Program-made: the position numbers and the translations under genes | Part shown: positions 13,473 through 33,864 of the stretch, in pieces | Layout: each line of letters opens with the position of its first letter | Position numbering within the stretch: the stretch's first letter is position 1 | From: the human T2T-CHM13v2.0 reference genome, Homo sapiens | Reading direction: 5' to 3' (one strand) | Length of the DNA: 64,000 nt | Assembly: GCF_009914755.1 (NCBI RefSeq) | Contig: NC_060926.1 | The notes under the pieces: model-generated | What the model was told of the DNA's origin: nothing | The model's input: the letters and a program-made list of their open reading frames with translations, nothing else | The model's database searches: none

Positions 13473-13771
13473 CTTAATTTTCCTCAGTGGGCAGAATTAA
13501 ATTCATAAAGCATTTGATACCCGCTCACAGTATACCAGTAGCTCATTAATTGTACAAATTTTGAGACCACTGGAAGAACACCAAGTTTGAAAGTCAGGAG
13601 AGCAACCAGTAGTGACTATCATAACGTGACTCTTTCTTCTATTTTATTTATAGACTTAGAACCCTGTTTGACAATTCATAAATAAAAATGCCTTCCAATA
13701 GATTGGTGACAAATAACCAAACAAATGCAGTCTTAGGAAAAAATACTCAGGCACTTCATGTTGGTTTGCTA

Positions 13772-14161
<390 letters not shown>

Positions 14162-15561
14162 TTCAAGGCATTTGCCTACTCAAAACAAAAGTAATATTTG
14201 TCATTTGAACACTGGAAAATACAGAACAGCCCAGAAAGCAAATAAAATTTAAATTTCCTATTATCCTCCCTCCTAAAGACAATCACTATCAACATTTTGG
14301 TGTATAACTGGTAGGTGCAATTTTCAGGTCCTCCTTCTCCTGAAATATGTGCAAACTGGATGGCTAGAGCTTTGGGAATCATCTCAAGGTGTAAAAACGA
14401 AGGTCTCATTGTAAGGACGGTGTGAAAGCTGGGTGAAAAGTAGAATGGCTGTGGGTCTCAGGCAACATCTTAAATCACCCAGCCTGAACTACCTTCCTCC
14501 AGACTCTTTAATGTGTCAGAAAAACTCCTAATTTGTTTAAGCCTTTGTTTCAGGTTTCTATTATTTGCAGTCAAACATAATTCCTCACTGACACAATATC
14601 TAAGATAACAATATGGTGATTCCTTATTCATGAGATAGCTGTTTTGATGAGATTGTGTCAGGTTCATATTGATAGCCATTGTCACCATTCTTATACTAAA
14701 CAATGAACAAACACGTGTTGTGTAACTGATACCTTGTCGGGTTCTGTTTTGGGCACACAAAATGAATCAGGTGCGGATCACACCTTCAAAGGTCTTATAT
14801 ACTACCCGTTAAAGTGAGGTTTTGGACTAACTGGGAAGAATGACAATCTCAAGATATATTAATGGAGAAGAAAGAAATCATTCTCTGGGGAACAGATCAA
14901 CCATGATTCAAGGAGCAGTGGAAAACAGACATGAAAAAAGTCTAACCTTAAAAACGAATTAAGCATATTTAGGAATGTCAAATGGCATTTTCCTGCCTAA
15001 ATTAGACACCAAATTATATTTTCATTTGGATCATTGTGTTGTAAATGTTATCTGTGTCATTTGCCCATATATATTGGGGGTAATTTCTAATAGTAATAGA
15101 TTAAGCAGAAACTTGCACAATAGTCTGAATTATCTTTAAAATTCCCTAAAATAGCCATAACATATAGTCTACAGTCTGTTTATCATCCAGGTTTGGAATG
15201 GATCATTGATCATTGCCAATTGGGGACCTCATGAAGTTGTGTATTGGAGCCATATTAAACAAGAAAGATGTATGTTTAAGTACTAGGATCACACTTAGTT
15301 TAGCTTACACTTGAGCTTTGTCCACACTACAACAACTTGTGAAAACAGAGACACTCTGAAGCATAGCTCAAATCATTTCTTACATTATGGTCACTCTGGT
15401 GCCTAAGCATATGGAGAAAAGTGGAGAGAGGAATTGTTCTCACTGTGCAAATTGTTCTTTCTCTCTCTCTTTTCCTCTCTCATGTGTAGCTAAATTTAGT
15501 GTGCATATGGTATAACTCCTCTGTATTTATATAAGTCCTAATCCTCTATCTGAAACCACTT

Positions 15562-15660
15562 CAGAAAGCCAATACTTTTTTTAATCAGAGAAAAGGCATA
15601 CAAATTTATTTAATGTGTATACATGGGGAGAATCACAAAGTGATTACCCCAGAAAGCCAA
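15562..15660 (-). mobile_element. Short 5'-truncated retroposed fragment (LTR-like 3' end plus poly-A) with TSD
   Basis: Direct repeat CAGAAAGCCAA at 15562-15572 and 15650-15660. Minus strand of the insert reads ...CATTAAATAAATTTGTATGCCTTTTCTCTGATT-AAAAAAA. Confidence 0.6.
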
Positions 15661-16363
15661 CAGTTTTTATTATATACCTATATGACCAAAGGCTTCTTTA
15701 AAGGTATTACAAATCACAGAAGGCCAATGTTAACTTGGTAATTTGCATGATGGACTGACAAGTTAAGGGTATTTTATTTTATTTTATTTTTTGCATTTTC
15801 CACAGTATATGTACTTAAGTGTGCTGGGTAGTGAAAGGAAGAGGAGTGAGGGGGTCTCCTCATTGCCAGTGGACCTACTCATCCTTGAAATCAACTATTG
15901 GCTTAGGTCCATTGCTGGGTTAGTTCAGCTATGATAACATGACCCAGCCATTATGTGAGCCAGATTGCCCAGGTGCATTCTGACACCTTGAGTAAATTGA
16001 AGAGGTGCAGAAAGGTATTTAAGCATAAAGGGACTATTCAGGTGGGGCAAGAAATAGCTCCTGAAGCATGAGACCATAAGGAAAGATGACCCAGTCTCAA
16101 GTCAGAGTTGCAGATAGAGCCATACAATGTTATAATTCAAAGGCATCATTGAGAGAGAGTCCAGAGGTGAGAAAACCTTAAGTGCCAATTAAAGAAATAT
16201 AAATGTGTTTATAGGTTTCAGTTTCACCCCTTCCAACTGGAAAATAATTATTTAGGTCTCATGGAGAACTGTAAAGTCTTAGGACTTACATTATCCAATT
16301 CACTGAATCGAAAAACATCAATAAAACAAATGACTTGGCTTTTTTGCCACTAAAATGTTAATA

Positions 16364-16741
16364 CAGTCATGCATTGGTTAACAATGGGAATACATTCTCA
16401 GAAATGCATCTTTAGGCAATTTTGCTGCTGTGCAAACATCAGAGTGCACTTACACAAACCTAGATGAAATAGTCTATTACACACCTAGGCTATACGGTAT
16501 GGGTTTGTGTTCCTACCCTACAAACCTGTACATCATGTTACTGTAGTGAATACTGTAGGCAACTGTAACACAATGATAAATATTTGCATATCTAAACATA
16601 TCTAAATATAGAAAAGGTACAGCAAAAATACAATATAAAAAATGATACACTGAATAGGGCAGCTTCATCATAATCTTATGGGCCCACCGTCATATACGTG
16701 ATCTGTCATTAACTGAAACGTCATTATGCAGGGCATGACTG
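16364..16741. mobile_element. Tigger3-type (TcMar-Tigger) non-autonomous DNA transposon
   Basis: TIRs CAGTCATGC ... GCATGACTG flanked by TA; internal CACTTACACAAACCTAGATG and ACACACCTAGGCTATA. Confidence 0.85.
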
Positions 16742-17858
16742 TATATGGGTATGCTTATGAAGCAGATTACAAAAGGCAGCATTATAATTTTTTATTCTGG
16801 AATTACACTTTAAACTATATTGCAAAGTCAGATAATGGATCCTGGGCTGGGGCTGATTATCACTGATCATCATTATTTTACAGGTGGGAAAACTGGGGAT
16901 GAGAGAAGGAGGGAAATATCCAGAGTTACAGTGCTGATTGGTCTGTAGGCCTGGAATCCAAGTTTCTTGACTCCCAGTTCAGACCCTCGCTGAACTCATT
17001 AAGGACATTCAGGATGGGAGTCAGGATAGAGTGGTTTGGGACTTCACTGAATACTATTTGCATATAAAATGTTCTATATTGGACAAATGTTTTCATTTAA
17101 TTGTTACAGCAACTACTGTTAATTCCCTTTTTTATAAATTAAACTAAAATAAATAAAGTGGGTTTGGTTTGTTAGATTTTGATTTTCATAGTAAGTTATT
17201 TTTTAAGTAACCATTAGTACTGGGTATTTTTGAAGACATATCACCTAATACTGTACTATCAAAATAATGTCATGTCTGTTATTGGGAAATTGAAGCAGAA
17301 AATATGTATAATTAGGTGCATGCATTAAATGAATACTAAATATCAATTTCAATGCCTGCAAACATGGAGATAAGAATCAATGCAAAAGCAATTTTGTGGG
17401 CTGGTCCCATACAGATAATGACACATGAAAAAAAACACGGAAGGAGGACGGCGAACGCTGAGTTTTAGGTGACATATCCAGCAATGGAATTATTATAAAA
17501 TGGGCCAGTCCATTTAACATAGACAAATGGAGAAAAACTATTAATACAGATGTCAATTAAAAGAAGAGATCATAAAAATAGATTAAAAACAAAACAAAAA
17601 CATGACCTAACTATATGCTATCTATGATATACTTAATTGAAATATAAGTCAGTTAAAGCCAAAAGGATGGAAAAACTATGCCACAAAAACACAAATCAAA
17701 ATAGAGCTGGAGTGGCTGTATTAATACCGAAATCGACTTCAGTGCAAAGAAAATTAGTAGGCTAAAGAAGGACATGTCATAACGATAATTGGGTCAATTC
17801 ACCAAGAAGTCATAACAATCCTAAATGTGTGTTTACCTAACAACTGAGGGTCAAAGTA

Positions 17859-18510
<652 letters not shown>

Positions 18511-18639
18511 TACATGAAGCAAACACTAACAGAATTAAAAGGAGAAATGGCCAAATTCACAATTATAGCTGCAGATGTTAACACCATCACTTTCAGTAAT
18601 CTATAGGACTAATAGACAGAAAATCAGCAAGTATATACA

Positions 18640-18816
18640 GTAGGATTGGGAAGTATTTTTCTATAAAGGGTCAAAGAGTGAACACATTAGGCTTCCCAGG
18701 CACATATATTCTGTCACAAATTCTCCATTTTTTTACAACTTTTTCTTAGCTCAAGGGCAGTGTAAAAACAGGCTATAAGCCAGATTTTACTGGTAAGCTT
18801 TAGTTTGCTGACTCTG
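18640..18816. mobile_element. MER58A-like hAT DNA transposon remnant
   Basis: TTTTCTATAAAGGGTCAAAGAG...AGGC...GCCAGATTT...TAGTTTGCTGACTCTG resembles MER58A. Confidence 0.55.
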
Positions 18817-19020
18817 AATATAGAATTGAATCACATCATCAACCCACTGGATCAAATTAACATTTATAGAAAACAACTCATGCCAAAACAGAAGATCACA
18901 CATTCTCTTCAAGGGCAAATAAAACACCACCAAGATAGACTATAACCTAGGTCACAAAACAAACCTCAACAAATTTAAAAGAACTGAAATCATACAAAGT
19001 GTGTGATCTGAGTATTATAG

Positions 19021-19375
<355 letters not shown>

Positions 19376-21342
19376 CTAAACAACACACTTCTAAATAACC
19401 CAAAGATCAACAAGGCAGTTTCAAGAAAAATGAGAAAATATTTCAAACTGATCATAAATGAAAACATAACATACCAAAAATTTGTGGGATACAACTAAAG
19501 CAATGATTAGAGGGAAATTTATAGTATTCAATGTTTATTTTAAAATGAAGTAAAGTCTCAAATCAGTAACTGAAGGTTCTACTTTAAGAAACTAAAAAAG
19601 AAGAGTAAAATAACCTAAAGCAAGGATAAAGAAGGCAATATTAAAAATAACAGCAGAAATCAATGAAATATAGCAGAAAATAGAAAAACAAAAGAGAAAT
19701 TCAATGAAACCAAAAGCTAGTTCTTTGGAACAGTCAATAAACTTAATAAACTTCAAGCTAGACTGACAAAAAGAAAAAGATGGAAGTTACAAAAATTTCT
19801 AATATCAGGAATAAAGAAGGGGATATCACTATAAACCCCATAGACATTGAAAGGATAATAAGAAAATGCTATGAACAACTCTAGACACAAAAATTGACAA
19901 CTGTGAGAAAAGGAATCAATTCCTCAAAATTCCCAAGCTACCAAATCTCACCCAAGATGAAATAGACAATATGAATAGTCCTATATGTATTAAAGCAATT
20001 AAATTTGTAGCTTAAAAGTTTTTTGAAAGCAGAAATCTCCAGGTTGAAGTGGCTTCACTTAAACCAAATGTATGATTGACAGATTCAAGCATATATTTAA
20101 ATAAATTAAGAACAATTCTATACAATTTCTTCCAGAGCATAGACGAGGAGGGAAAGCTTTCTAATTCATTTTATTAGCCCATCCTTACCCTGAGAGCAAA
20201 ACCATGAGATCAATATCCCTCATAAACATAGATGCAAAATCTCTGAACAAAATATTAGAAAATTTAATTAAACAATATATAAAAAGATTAATACATCACA
20301 ACCAAGGGCAATGTATCCTAAATGCAAGTCTGGCTCAATATTTGAAAATCTATCAATGTAATCCACCACTATAACAGTCCAAAGAAGTCCACATGATCAT
20401 ATGATCATATCTGTTTAAGCAGATAAAACATTTGAATGAAATTAACATCCATTCATGATAAAAAGTCTCAGAAAACTAGGAATAGAGGGAAACTTTTTCA
20501 ACCTAATAAAGGGTATCTACAAAACAAAATTAACTATCTAACATCATACTGAATGATGAAAGACTGAATGCTTACCTGTTAAGATCAGAAATAGGTGAGA
20601 ATGCTTCTCTCCCAACATTCTTCTACATTCCTTTATTGAGCATCCTAGGAAATATAGCAAGTACAATAAGGAAACAAACAAATAAATGGCATATAGAGTG
20701 GACAAGAAAAAATGAAACTGTTTCTGTTCACATATAACATGATTGTTTATGTAAAAAACTCCAATGAATCTACAGAAAAAGTTTCTAAAGCTAATAAATT
20801 GGTCAAGGTTGCAGAATACAAGGTCAATACACAAAAACCAATCACACTCCAATATGCTAGTACCAGAAAATTGACAACCATAATTTAAGAAAATAAATCA
20901 TCGAAAGGAGCTCCAAAAAAATGAAATCGTTAGATATGAATCTAACAAAACCTGCACAGGATCTTTATGTTGAGAAACACAAAAACTCAAGGATAAGAAA
21001 ATATCAACGCAATTAAAATTATTTATCAAAGAGGATATATGGATGGCAACTAATTAGGTAAAAAGACCTTCAACATCATTAGCCATTAGAGAAATGCAAA
21101 TTAAAACCATGATGAGATACCACTATACACCTATGAGAATGGCTAAAATATAAAAGACGGGCATTACCTACTGCTGGTGAAAATGTAGAGAAATTGGAAT
21201 TCTCATAGATTGCTGGTGGGAATGCAAAATGGTAGTCATGTTGGACGACAGTTTGGCAGTTTCCTACAAAGCTAAACATAAACTTACCATACAATCCAGC
21301 AATTGTGCTCCTAGTTATTTACCCAAATGAGCTGAAAATGTA

Positions 21343-21430
21343 TTTGCAGTGAGCAAAGATCGTGCCACTGCACTCCAGCCTGGGCAACAGAGAGAGACTC
21401 CATTTCAAAAAAAAAAAAAGAAAGAAAAGA
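21343..21430 (+). mobile_element. 5'-truncated Alu (3' end only)
   Basis: TTGCAGTGAGC...CCACTGCACTCCAGCCTGGGCAACAGAG...poly-A; TSD GAAAATGTAT. Confidence 0.85.
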
Positions 21431-21729
21431 AAATGTATGACCTCACAAAAACTTGCACACAAATGTTTATAGCATCTTTATTCATTATTGCCAAAAGCTA
21501 GAAGCAAACAAGATGTCTTTCAATGGGTGAATGGACAAACAAACTGGTTATTCATATAATGGAATATTTAAAACTATACATAATCAGGGCTGCTGTGCTT
21601 TTCCCCATTTTACTTCTAGTAGGAAGTGTTTTATAATTGAAATAAACTTTAAACCAGTGACTTAGTTAATTCAGGCTCTCCATGAAAAACCTCTTTCTCA
21701 TCTGTGTTTTTGTTCTTTTATGTATCTGT

Positions 21730-23158
21730 CTATCAGTTAGTATCAGCTTCAAATGAAAGGGAACACAAAATAACAATGGTTTAAACAGGATAGAAATATG
21801 TTTCCCTTTCATGTAAGTAAAGTTCAAAACTAAGCAGTCTAGGCCTGGTGTGGTAACTCCATGGTCCCCACATTGTTTATGTCTTGTCACTCTGCCATCC
21901 TCAATTTGTTACTTAAACTAATGATCAAAGCGGGCTGCTCAAACCATGTATTAGTTATCTATTGAAGTGGAACAAAAACTGAACTACTTAAGACAGCATC
22001 CATTTATTATCTCACAGTTTCTGTAGGTCAGGAGTCCTGAAATGACTTAGCTGGGTGTCTTTGCCTAAAAGTCTCACATAGGGCTACAATCGAAGAATCC
22101 TCCAGTGCTACATTCTCATCTGAAGCCTCAATTAGGAAAGGATCTACTTCCAAGAGCAACCATTCTCTAAAGACATCTCTCATTTATCATGAAAGGTAGA
22201 ATGTGTTTGCAACTGAGTGGTCTTTCAGCATGCTCCCTGCCAGTAGAATACAGGGGTCCAATGGCCTCATCATTTTGTACTATTTTTGTCTCTTTCATTC
22301 CAAACTGGCAGTGTCTTAGCAGAAATAAATCTCTTGAAAACTTCGTAGATCTTTTGTGAATCTCTGGAGTTCATGCCATTAGACAAAAGCCACACCTGCA
22401 AAATCTCTTCTCTACCCTGTGCTCCTGCAGAGACTACTGAGGGACACATTCTTAAATTTCTTTGAGGCCCTAGTGTTTGATCAAAAGGATCTGTGAGACC
22501 TACTCTTAATTACTTAAAAGGGCCAATTATGTGACTGAATAGTATTCCAAAGAACCAATTTTTATCTTGGAAGATATTAACAAAAGAGTTTACAATTATA
22601 CTCTTGGCTTCATCTTTAGATTTTCTCTCCTGGCAGTGCCCTGGATTTAAACTTGGTTCAAAATCATGTCTTAATTTTATCATCTTTTGCTGCCTGGAGA
22701 GGCTGAGAGTTTTCAAAACCATCAACTTAACATTTTTTCTCTCAACTTCTCTCTTTTCTTTCAAATCTTACTATATGCAGCAAGACAGAACTAGGTTGCA
22801 CCTTCAACACGTTGCTTGGAAATCTCCTTAGATAGATTATCAAGTTCATTAAGCATATCCTCTGCTTTTCACATAACTGCAGAAAATAGTGTTGCTAAGA
22901 CTTTTGCCACTGCTAACAAAGATCTCCATTCCTCCAGGGTTCCTCACTTCCTTTTGAGTCTTTACCAACAGCATCCTCAAAGTCCAGATTTCTACTAACA
23001 GTATATTCAGAGAAATCTAGGTTTTTCTGTAACATTTCTTCTCAAAATCCTTCTAGCTTCCACCCACTGCTTGGTTCCAAAATCACTTCTACATTTTTAG
23101 GCATTTGTTATGGCAGCATTCCATTTCAGCACAGGGTCCAATCAGAGAAGAAGAAATA

Positions 23159-23208
<50 letters not shown>

Positions 23209-24300
23209 GGCAGGGAGGGTTTCGATTGTCCTTAATTGCAGGAGCTAGTTAAACACTATCTATGAGTCTCTTGTCTTCACATCTGATGCTGGAGCTTTAA
23301 GTCCACAAGGCAAGCAGAACAAGAAAGGGATAATGAAGATCTAGAACAAGAACCTATAAGCATGAGATTGAAGCCTGCTATGATTTGAATGTTTGCTCTC
23401 TCTGCAACTCATGGTGAAATTTAATTGCCATTGTGACAGTATCGGGAAGTGGGGCTTTTAAGAGATGTTTAGGTCATAAAAGCTCAACTCTTATGAATAG
23501 ACTAATGCTGTTATTGCAGGAGTGGGTTCATTATCACAGGAGTGGGTTCATTTTCACAGGATTGGGTTTGTCTCCCTGCTTTGCCCTTCTGCCATGGGAG
23601 GATGCAGCAACAAGGTATTCACAAGATGCCAGCCCCTTGATCTTAGACTTTCCAGCCTCCATATTTGTGAGCCAATAACTTTTTGTTCATCATAAATTAC
23701 TTAGTCTGTAGTATTATGTTACATGAGCACAAAAATGAACTAATAGCCCCATGAGGACAGACTGAAACCTGTGCCAGTTATTAATGCCTCTAACCATGGT
23801 AGCATGAGTATCTTGCAGAAGCCAAGGCTCACTGTCACAGCCAAACACAACACACATGACCCAGGAGTCAGAAGCTGAAGGAAAATCCAGGGGAACATGG
23901 AGCAGTTGCTGCTTCACAGCACTGAGGTGAGTCAGCAGATCAGTGACAAGGTGTGAGAGCTACAAAATGGCTGAAGCCCTCTACCTCTCCTACAAGAATC
24001 TCCCTGTGGCCTTCTCTCAGTGGAAACATACAGGAAAGAGAACTCTGGAAAAGGTGGCTCAGCCTGGCTAAATGGACATGTTATCTAGTCACCACACACC
24101 ATCATGTTTGTAGTTCAGCCAGTGGAAAGGAAGAAGGAAATGAAGATCTCACCCTCTTCTAATTAAGGACACTTCATCAAAGGGATACCTTCTACTTTAA
24201 CCCCATTGACTGAAACCTAGTCAGTTAGTGACTACACTTAGCTATAAAGGAAGTAGAAAATATAGTCTTCATTCCTGGGCCAGGAATTGTGTTCCTAGGG
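21730..24300. mobile_element. Nested cluster of MaLR/ERVL LTR and internal fragments (MLT1, MSTD-like at about 23377-23745)
   Basis: TGTATTAGTTATCTATTG...TTTATTATCTCACAGTTTCTGTAGGTCAGGAG (MLT1); TGCTATGATTTGAATG...CCCTTGATCTTAGACTTTCCAGCCTCC (MST/MLT1A). Confidence 0.6.
23161..23206. repeat. (AC)23 microsatellite
   Basis: Direct reading of a perfect AC run. Confidence 0.95.
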
Positions 24301-27155
24301 AAGGAAGAAGGATGGCTATTGGGAGATGACTTGCAGTATCTGCCACAGTATACTTTGCTCCGCTCGGAATGTCTTTTCCTCCTTCTCTGCTTGGCAAACT
24401 CTAGTTCACCCCTATAGATCCAGCTCATTTATTATCCCTCCTGCAAAGCCTTCACTCTTTGTTTTCCCATTGGGTTTTATAAATCCCTGTACCCCAGTAC
24501 TTTCTTATTTATTCATTTACCAAGTTTTAAGTCTCCCCATATGTGCAGCATTGCTCTGGGAACTGGGGATTTAGCAGTGACAAAACAAAGTCCTTTCCTG
24601 TACAAAGCTTATTGCTTCATAATTATTTATGATACTTTGTATTCTAAGGCTGTCCCAAATTCAGACAAAAGAAGGACAAGATTCATGGGTAATTTCAAGC
24701 AATTTTATTCCTGACTAAAAATGTAAATCTGTTATCTAGAATTACGATTAAATAACTGAGTAAGTCTTCAAAAGTACATCATATTCCTTCCTATTAATCA
24801 CAACGGTAATATTTGTGATTTATAAATCATGTCTATTTTAGGGAATTACGGACCTTGAAAAGATCTTGGAGATTATCTGATAAAACCACCTTAGTTTACA
24901 TTAGAAGTCTGAGTCTTGAATCACTGAGATTATATGCCCAGGATTTTGTGCCAGGTTAGTGCCAAGACGAGAGGTAGAACCCAAGAATATTAATTCTTAC
25001 ACAGGTGCCCTCAATATTTTGTATTTTCATAAAACAAAAACAGAGTTTAAAAAAATTCAGTTGCATTTATAAAATTAGTCTTTCAAAAAATTATAGCTTC
25101 AAAATTCAGATGAAAAAAATTTGTTATAAGAATAGGGGTATGTTGGGGCAAATGTGTATGTGATAGTTTTAAGGACAGTTTCTAGTTCCAATGTGTGAAA
25201 AATATAAGTCATTTGAACATAAACATATTAAAGAGTGGTAATATGGATGTAAAATGTTACAGGTTACGTTTTAAGTGTGACAGATGAAACCTTACATCAA
25301 GGTCTATGTAGCCCTTTTCTAAAATTTCATGGATTCTATTAGAGTTCTGCTTCATGTTAATTTGATATCTATTATAGTACTCTCTCTCTCTCTCTCAAAA
25401 ACTGAAAAATCAGAGCTTTAATTGAAACTTGACATTAAAAAAAGCCATTTGAGCAGCAGTTTTAAGCAGCCTCTGAATTCTAACACACATCTTTGCTCTT
25501 TGAACCTTTGCTCCCACACACCAACAGATGCTGTCTTAAACACACACTCCCACATTCACACCTCCACTCTCAGCCTCTCATCTCCCCTCACAGAGCTCTG
25601 ACACATTTGTTCTACCTCCTTCATCTCGGGGAGACAGCGTGAAGGATAAATGAAAGTCAGGAGCACAGATGCATAATGTATAAATGGGTGTACTACACAA
25701 AACCTATGGAAAAAAACCTCCTGTGAAATAAATAGTATTAATTTATTTCATAAAAATCTAGTTTCAGTAGAATTAATGAAAATATAGCCACTTCTTTCCA
25801 GCCAAATTCATGAGATTAAAAGTGAAGATTATGATGCAGAGTTTAATTTGATCCATTTTTAATCACAATGTTTCCGAGCAAATACAATAATGAAAGATTT
25901 CTTTAAAAAGGATATAAGACAGTGCTATTGAATTAGCTCTAATAGTCCTACAAAGAAGAAATAACAGTTTAATTTTTTTTTATGTTGCAGGAAGATTAAA
26001 TTTAACTCACTAAAGTTTTGCCTTGGAGCTTAAAGTCTTTCTGATTCTGCACTATATTTAGACTTAGGAGGATACAATTAGATCAAAAGTTGTATTTTTA
26101 ATGTACATGAATATGAAAAATCATCAATGCTACTACTGAAAATACACCAGCCAGGAACTGTGGGAAATCCAAAGTTACTGAGTAAGATAGGTGTTATAAA
26201 GTCTCTCTGAAGCAGCAGTAATTTACTATATATTACTGTTGCTGACAAAGCATCTTGTGTTTTATAAGGTAAATTTTTGTTTATCAAGAATCTTGGAGGT
26301 TCTTAAAAGCAATAAACTTATGAAAAACAGAGTAGAATGATGTATACTTTCTCCACTAATGAGTAGAAGGAGCTCACCTCTGATACAAGCTAAGACTCTA
26401 GGGGATGAATGGGATACTTTCGGTCACAAGTAGCAGAAAACCCAACCAAAACTATGTGAAAAGAAAATTTCATGGCACAAGTAACTGAAAAGCCTAATTG
26501 TAGCGCCCAGGTTTCAAGCATAACTGGACTCAAGCTAAACAATTCAACAGTAATTGGGTTCCTCTCCATCTTATAATTCCACCTTCTGTATGTTTTCAGT
26601 ATCAGGGTCATTGTGGTCGTGCTCCAGTCCTTCCATCCTCTTGGGTTCAAGACAAACGAGAAAAAGCAAGTCAGCTTCCCCAGGATCTCAGAGTTACTGA
26701 CTTAGCCTTGTACTTACCACTGAGTTAATTGCAGTGGCTAAGGGAATATGATGGACTGACTGGCTTAAGGAATATATTTTGCCTTTGAGTGACGACAGAA
26801 GTGTAGTCTTAATCAAATGGACTGAGAGTAGGAGTGAATGGGTGAGGAGTAAAACTCAGTATGAATATTGAGAGCTGCTGCGGAGACAGAGAATGGATGG
26901 GATTGTGGAATACAAACCACATATGCCTACTATAGGAGGAATCTCAATTGTGGCCATAGAGAGATGGTTTTACTGGCTCCATCAAAATCAGTAGCCCTAG
27001 ATTAAAGGCACTGATAAAAATGCATAGTACATCTACCATTTACAAGGCAGATGTGCCCCCGAATCATCAAGTGGCTGTATAATGACAATTATACCACTCA
27101 CCATGCAATGTTTTTGGTGAGCATTAATAAACCAATGCATGGATTAATAAACCAG

Positions 27156-27993
<838 letters not shown>

Positions 27994-30621
27994 GTGTGTG
28001 AACACATAGGTGTTTAATAAATGTGAATTATCTTCCCATTTCCCTTCCAATCAAATTTTCCTTTCTTAGGTTGGGAGTTCTTCAGAATAGGAAGTATGTC
28101 TATGCCTAATTTATTATTTTTTAATCTCTAGAATTTAGAACAGTATCTGAACAGTATCTAACACACAGTAGGAAGTTAATGCATGATGAACAAACAGGTG
28201 TTAGATATATTAGTTAGGTTATAAGTAAGCTGTTGCAACAAAGAGACTCCAAAATATAATAATGGCTTAAACAAGGTGTTTCTTTCTCTTTCATGAAGCA
28301 GTCTGGAGCTTCTGGACAGTGCTTGTTAGGAAGGCACTCTGCTTCTGTAGATCACACAGCTTCCTTTTTATTCCAGCTTCTCCTTGTTTTCCTCGTGGGC
28401 ATGATCGAAGCTTGCTGACCACCATCACAACTGCATTCCAGCCCAAAGGAAGCAGGAAGATATGCAGGGCAAGCAGCTTCCTCTTAAGAATGTGATGCAG
28501 ATGTTACACACTCTCTTCTATTTATATCCCCTTGGGGAAAACTTGGTCAACTGGCTACAAAAAGCTGCAAGGAATGCCTCTAACAAGGCAGTCACATGCC
28601 AGATAAAATTCCACTAACAAAAAGAAAGATTAGGATACTGGAAAGGTCCACTAAAAAAAGAAACATTAGGGGACTGGAGGTAGGGGATCAATTAGCAGTC
28701 TCTGTCACATGCAGCCATGTGAAGTCAAAGACATTGGAACCTTGGAGGAAACTTTGCCTCATTTTCTCTGCATCATTGCCAGTAAAAAACCAACATAGAA
28801 GTGACCCTGAATTATATTTAAGTGTTGTATGTAAATGAGCCTCTCCATGTTAAGGTTAAAGACAAGAAGATTAATGAGACTGGATGACTAGTGGATTGAC
28901 TAAGAAGGATCTTACATGCATTCTAGAAAACACCTATTTCCTTAATCTCAGCCCACCTAATTTTATGATGTCAGAACCATGAACTTAAATTTTATTTATT
29001 TGATTTCATTCTCAATGTTACTTCTCTAGGAATGATTCACCCTCATTCAAACGTTTCTTCATGTAAAAGTGCTAAAGAATATAGGAAGCTTTATTTGAGC
29101 TAAGAATTATATTTCCAACCAAAGACATATAAAAGGATCTTAATTGATAAATATACTTACAATCTGTTCTATGTTGAAGGGAGTTGTCCCAATTCAGACA
29201 TGACACGTTTAAGGCAGTTAGAGTCCCAGAAAATCTGGGGCAGTTCAATTTTAGATATCTGATATTGTCATTAATTCCTAAACATTTTTGAGCATGCATC
29301 ACCAATATATGTATATTTATGTATTAATATATATGTATGCACTAACATATATATGAGGTATTATATATGTTATTATAAAATATATTCTATTATATATTTT
29401 ATAATATGTATAAAACATACACTAAAACTAAAATTTTAAAATGTGTGCATTATAAAACATACTCCAAAACTGAAATTTTAAAAGGATAAGCCAAAGTAAT
29501 TACAAATAGAAGTTCTAATATTTAACACCACATACTTTTGGGGCTCATGCATACAAATATGAAAACCACTGTACTAGTTAATTATAGAATCAGAACCAGA
29601 ACCTAGGTCTCCTGACCTTCTAGTTCACTGGTCTTTCCTCTTAACCTTAATCTTTCCATTCATCTTTCTAATACCTTGTTTTGAAGTACAAGGCAGGGTC
29701 CAGTTCCAAATAAGATGGAGTAAATGCATCCCATTTTAATTTTCCTTTTAAATCAACAGCTGCCCTTGACAAAATACATAACTCACTTACCAGAAGATCC
29801 TGAAAGGTGGATAAAAGAAGTTGTATTGAGTACGAACTGTTTTTCTCTATACTCCCAACACTTCTGCTTACCAAAATGCATAGTACTTTTCTCACACCAA
29901 CCAATTCTCTGACACCTCTGGGTATCTCATAATTTAATCGGACACTACTACCTGGAGTTAGTGCGGACCCCACAGGGTAAGGGCTCAGTTCCCACAAGAC
30001 TGCCCCCACTTCAGACAACAGTTACAAGTCCAGGTTGTGACCTGTACTTCTGACCAACCAGCTATAAATCAGGCTCTTGCAACAGCCTGCTTGGGTTCAA
30101 TCATTTGGTAAAATGGCTCACGGAACTCAGTGAAACACTTATTTATGTTTACCAGTTTATTATAAAGGATATTACAAAGGACACAGATGAGCAGCCAGAT
30201 GAAGAGGTACATAGGGTAAAGACAGAAGAGCAGAAGCTTCTGTCCCTGTGGAATTAGGCTGTGTCACCCTCCCCTCATGTGGATGTGCTCACCAACCCAG
30301 AATCTCTCTAAACCCCATAATTCAGGGATTCTTATGGTGGCTTCATTATATAGGGCATGATGGATTAACTTAATCTCCAGTTCCTCCCCTCCTGGAGGAT
30401 GAGAGTGAGGCTGGGAAGTTTCAAGCCATGGCGAGACTTCTCTGGCAACATTGAATTGCCTCATTACAACAAAAGATGTTCCTATCACCAGGAAATTCCA
30501 AGGGGTTTAGGAGCTCTGTATCAGGAACCAGGGTTAAAGACCAAACAATAAAACAAAAGATGCTTCTAGCACCCCTGTTGCTTAGGAAATTATAAGGGTT
30601 TTAAGAATTCAGTGTAAGAAA

Positions 30622-33655
<3,034 letters not shown>

Positions 33656-33864
33656 CACACAAGAACTGGAGACCTGACAGTGAGTTTCTTGGTTTTCTCA
33701 CCTCCTAGATATACAGGCCTGTGTGCAAGAGATGCCTGCAACCTGGAAACAACAATGGGCACAGACAAAAAAAAGCCCTTCCCCCATCCCCCTTAAATCC
33801 CCCTCTTTCTAGCCAGAATACTGGGAAAGGTACAGCCCAACAAGACAAAAACCTTTTAACTATA

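Noticed and set aside
30460-30620. Direct repeat AGGAAATT..AAGGG.TTT twice before the L1
   Set aside because: Appears to be the intrinsic internal repeat of MER21C-type LTRs
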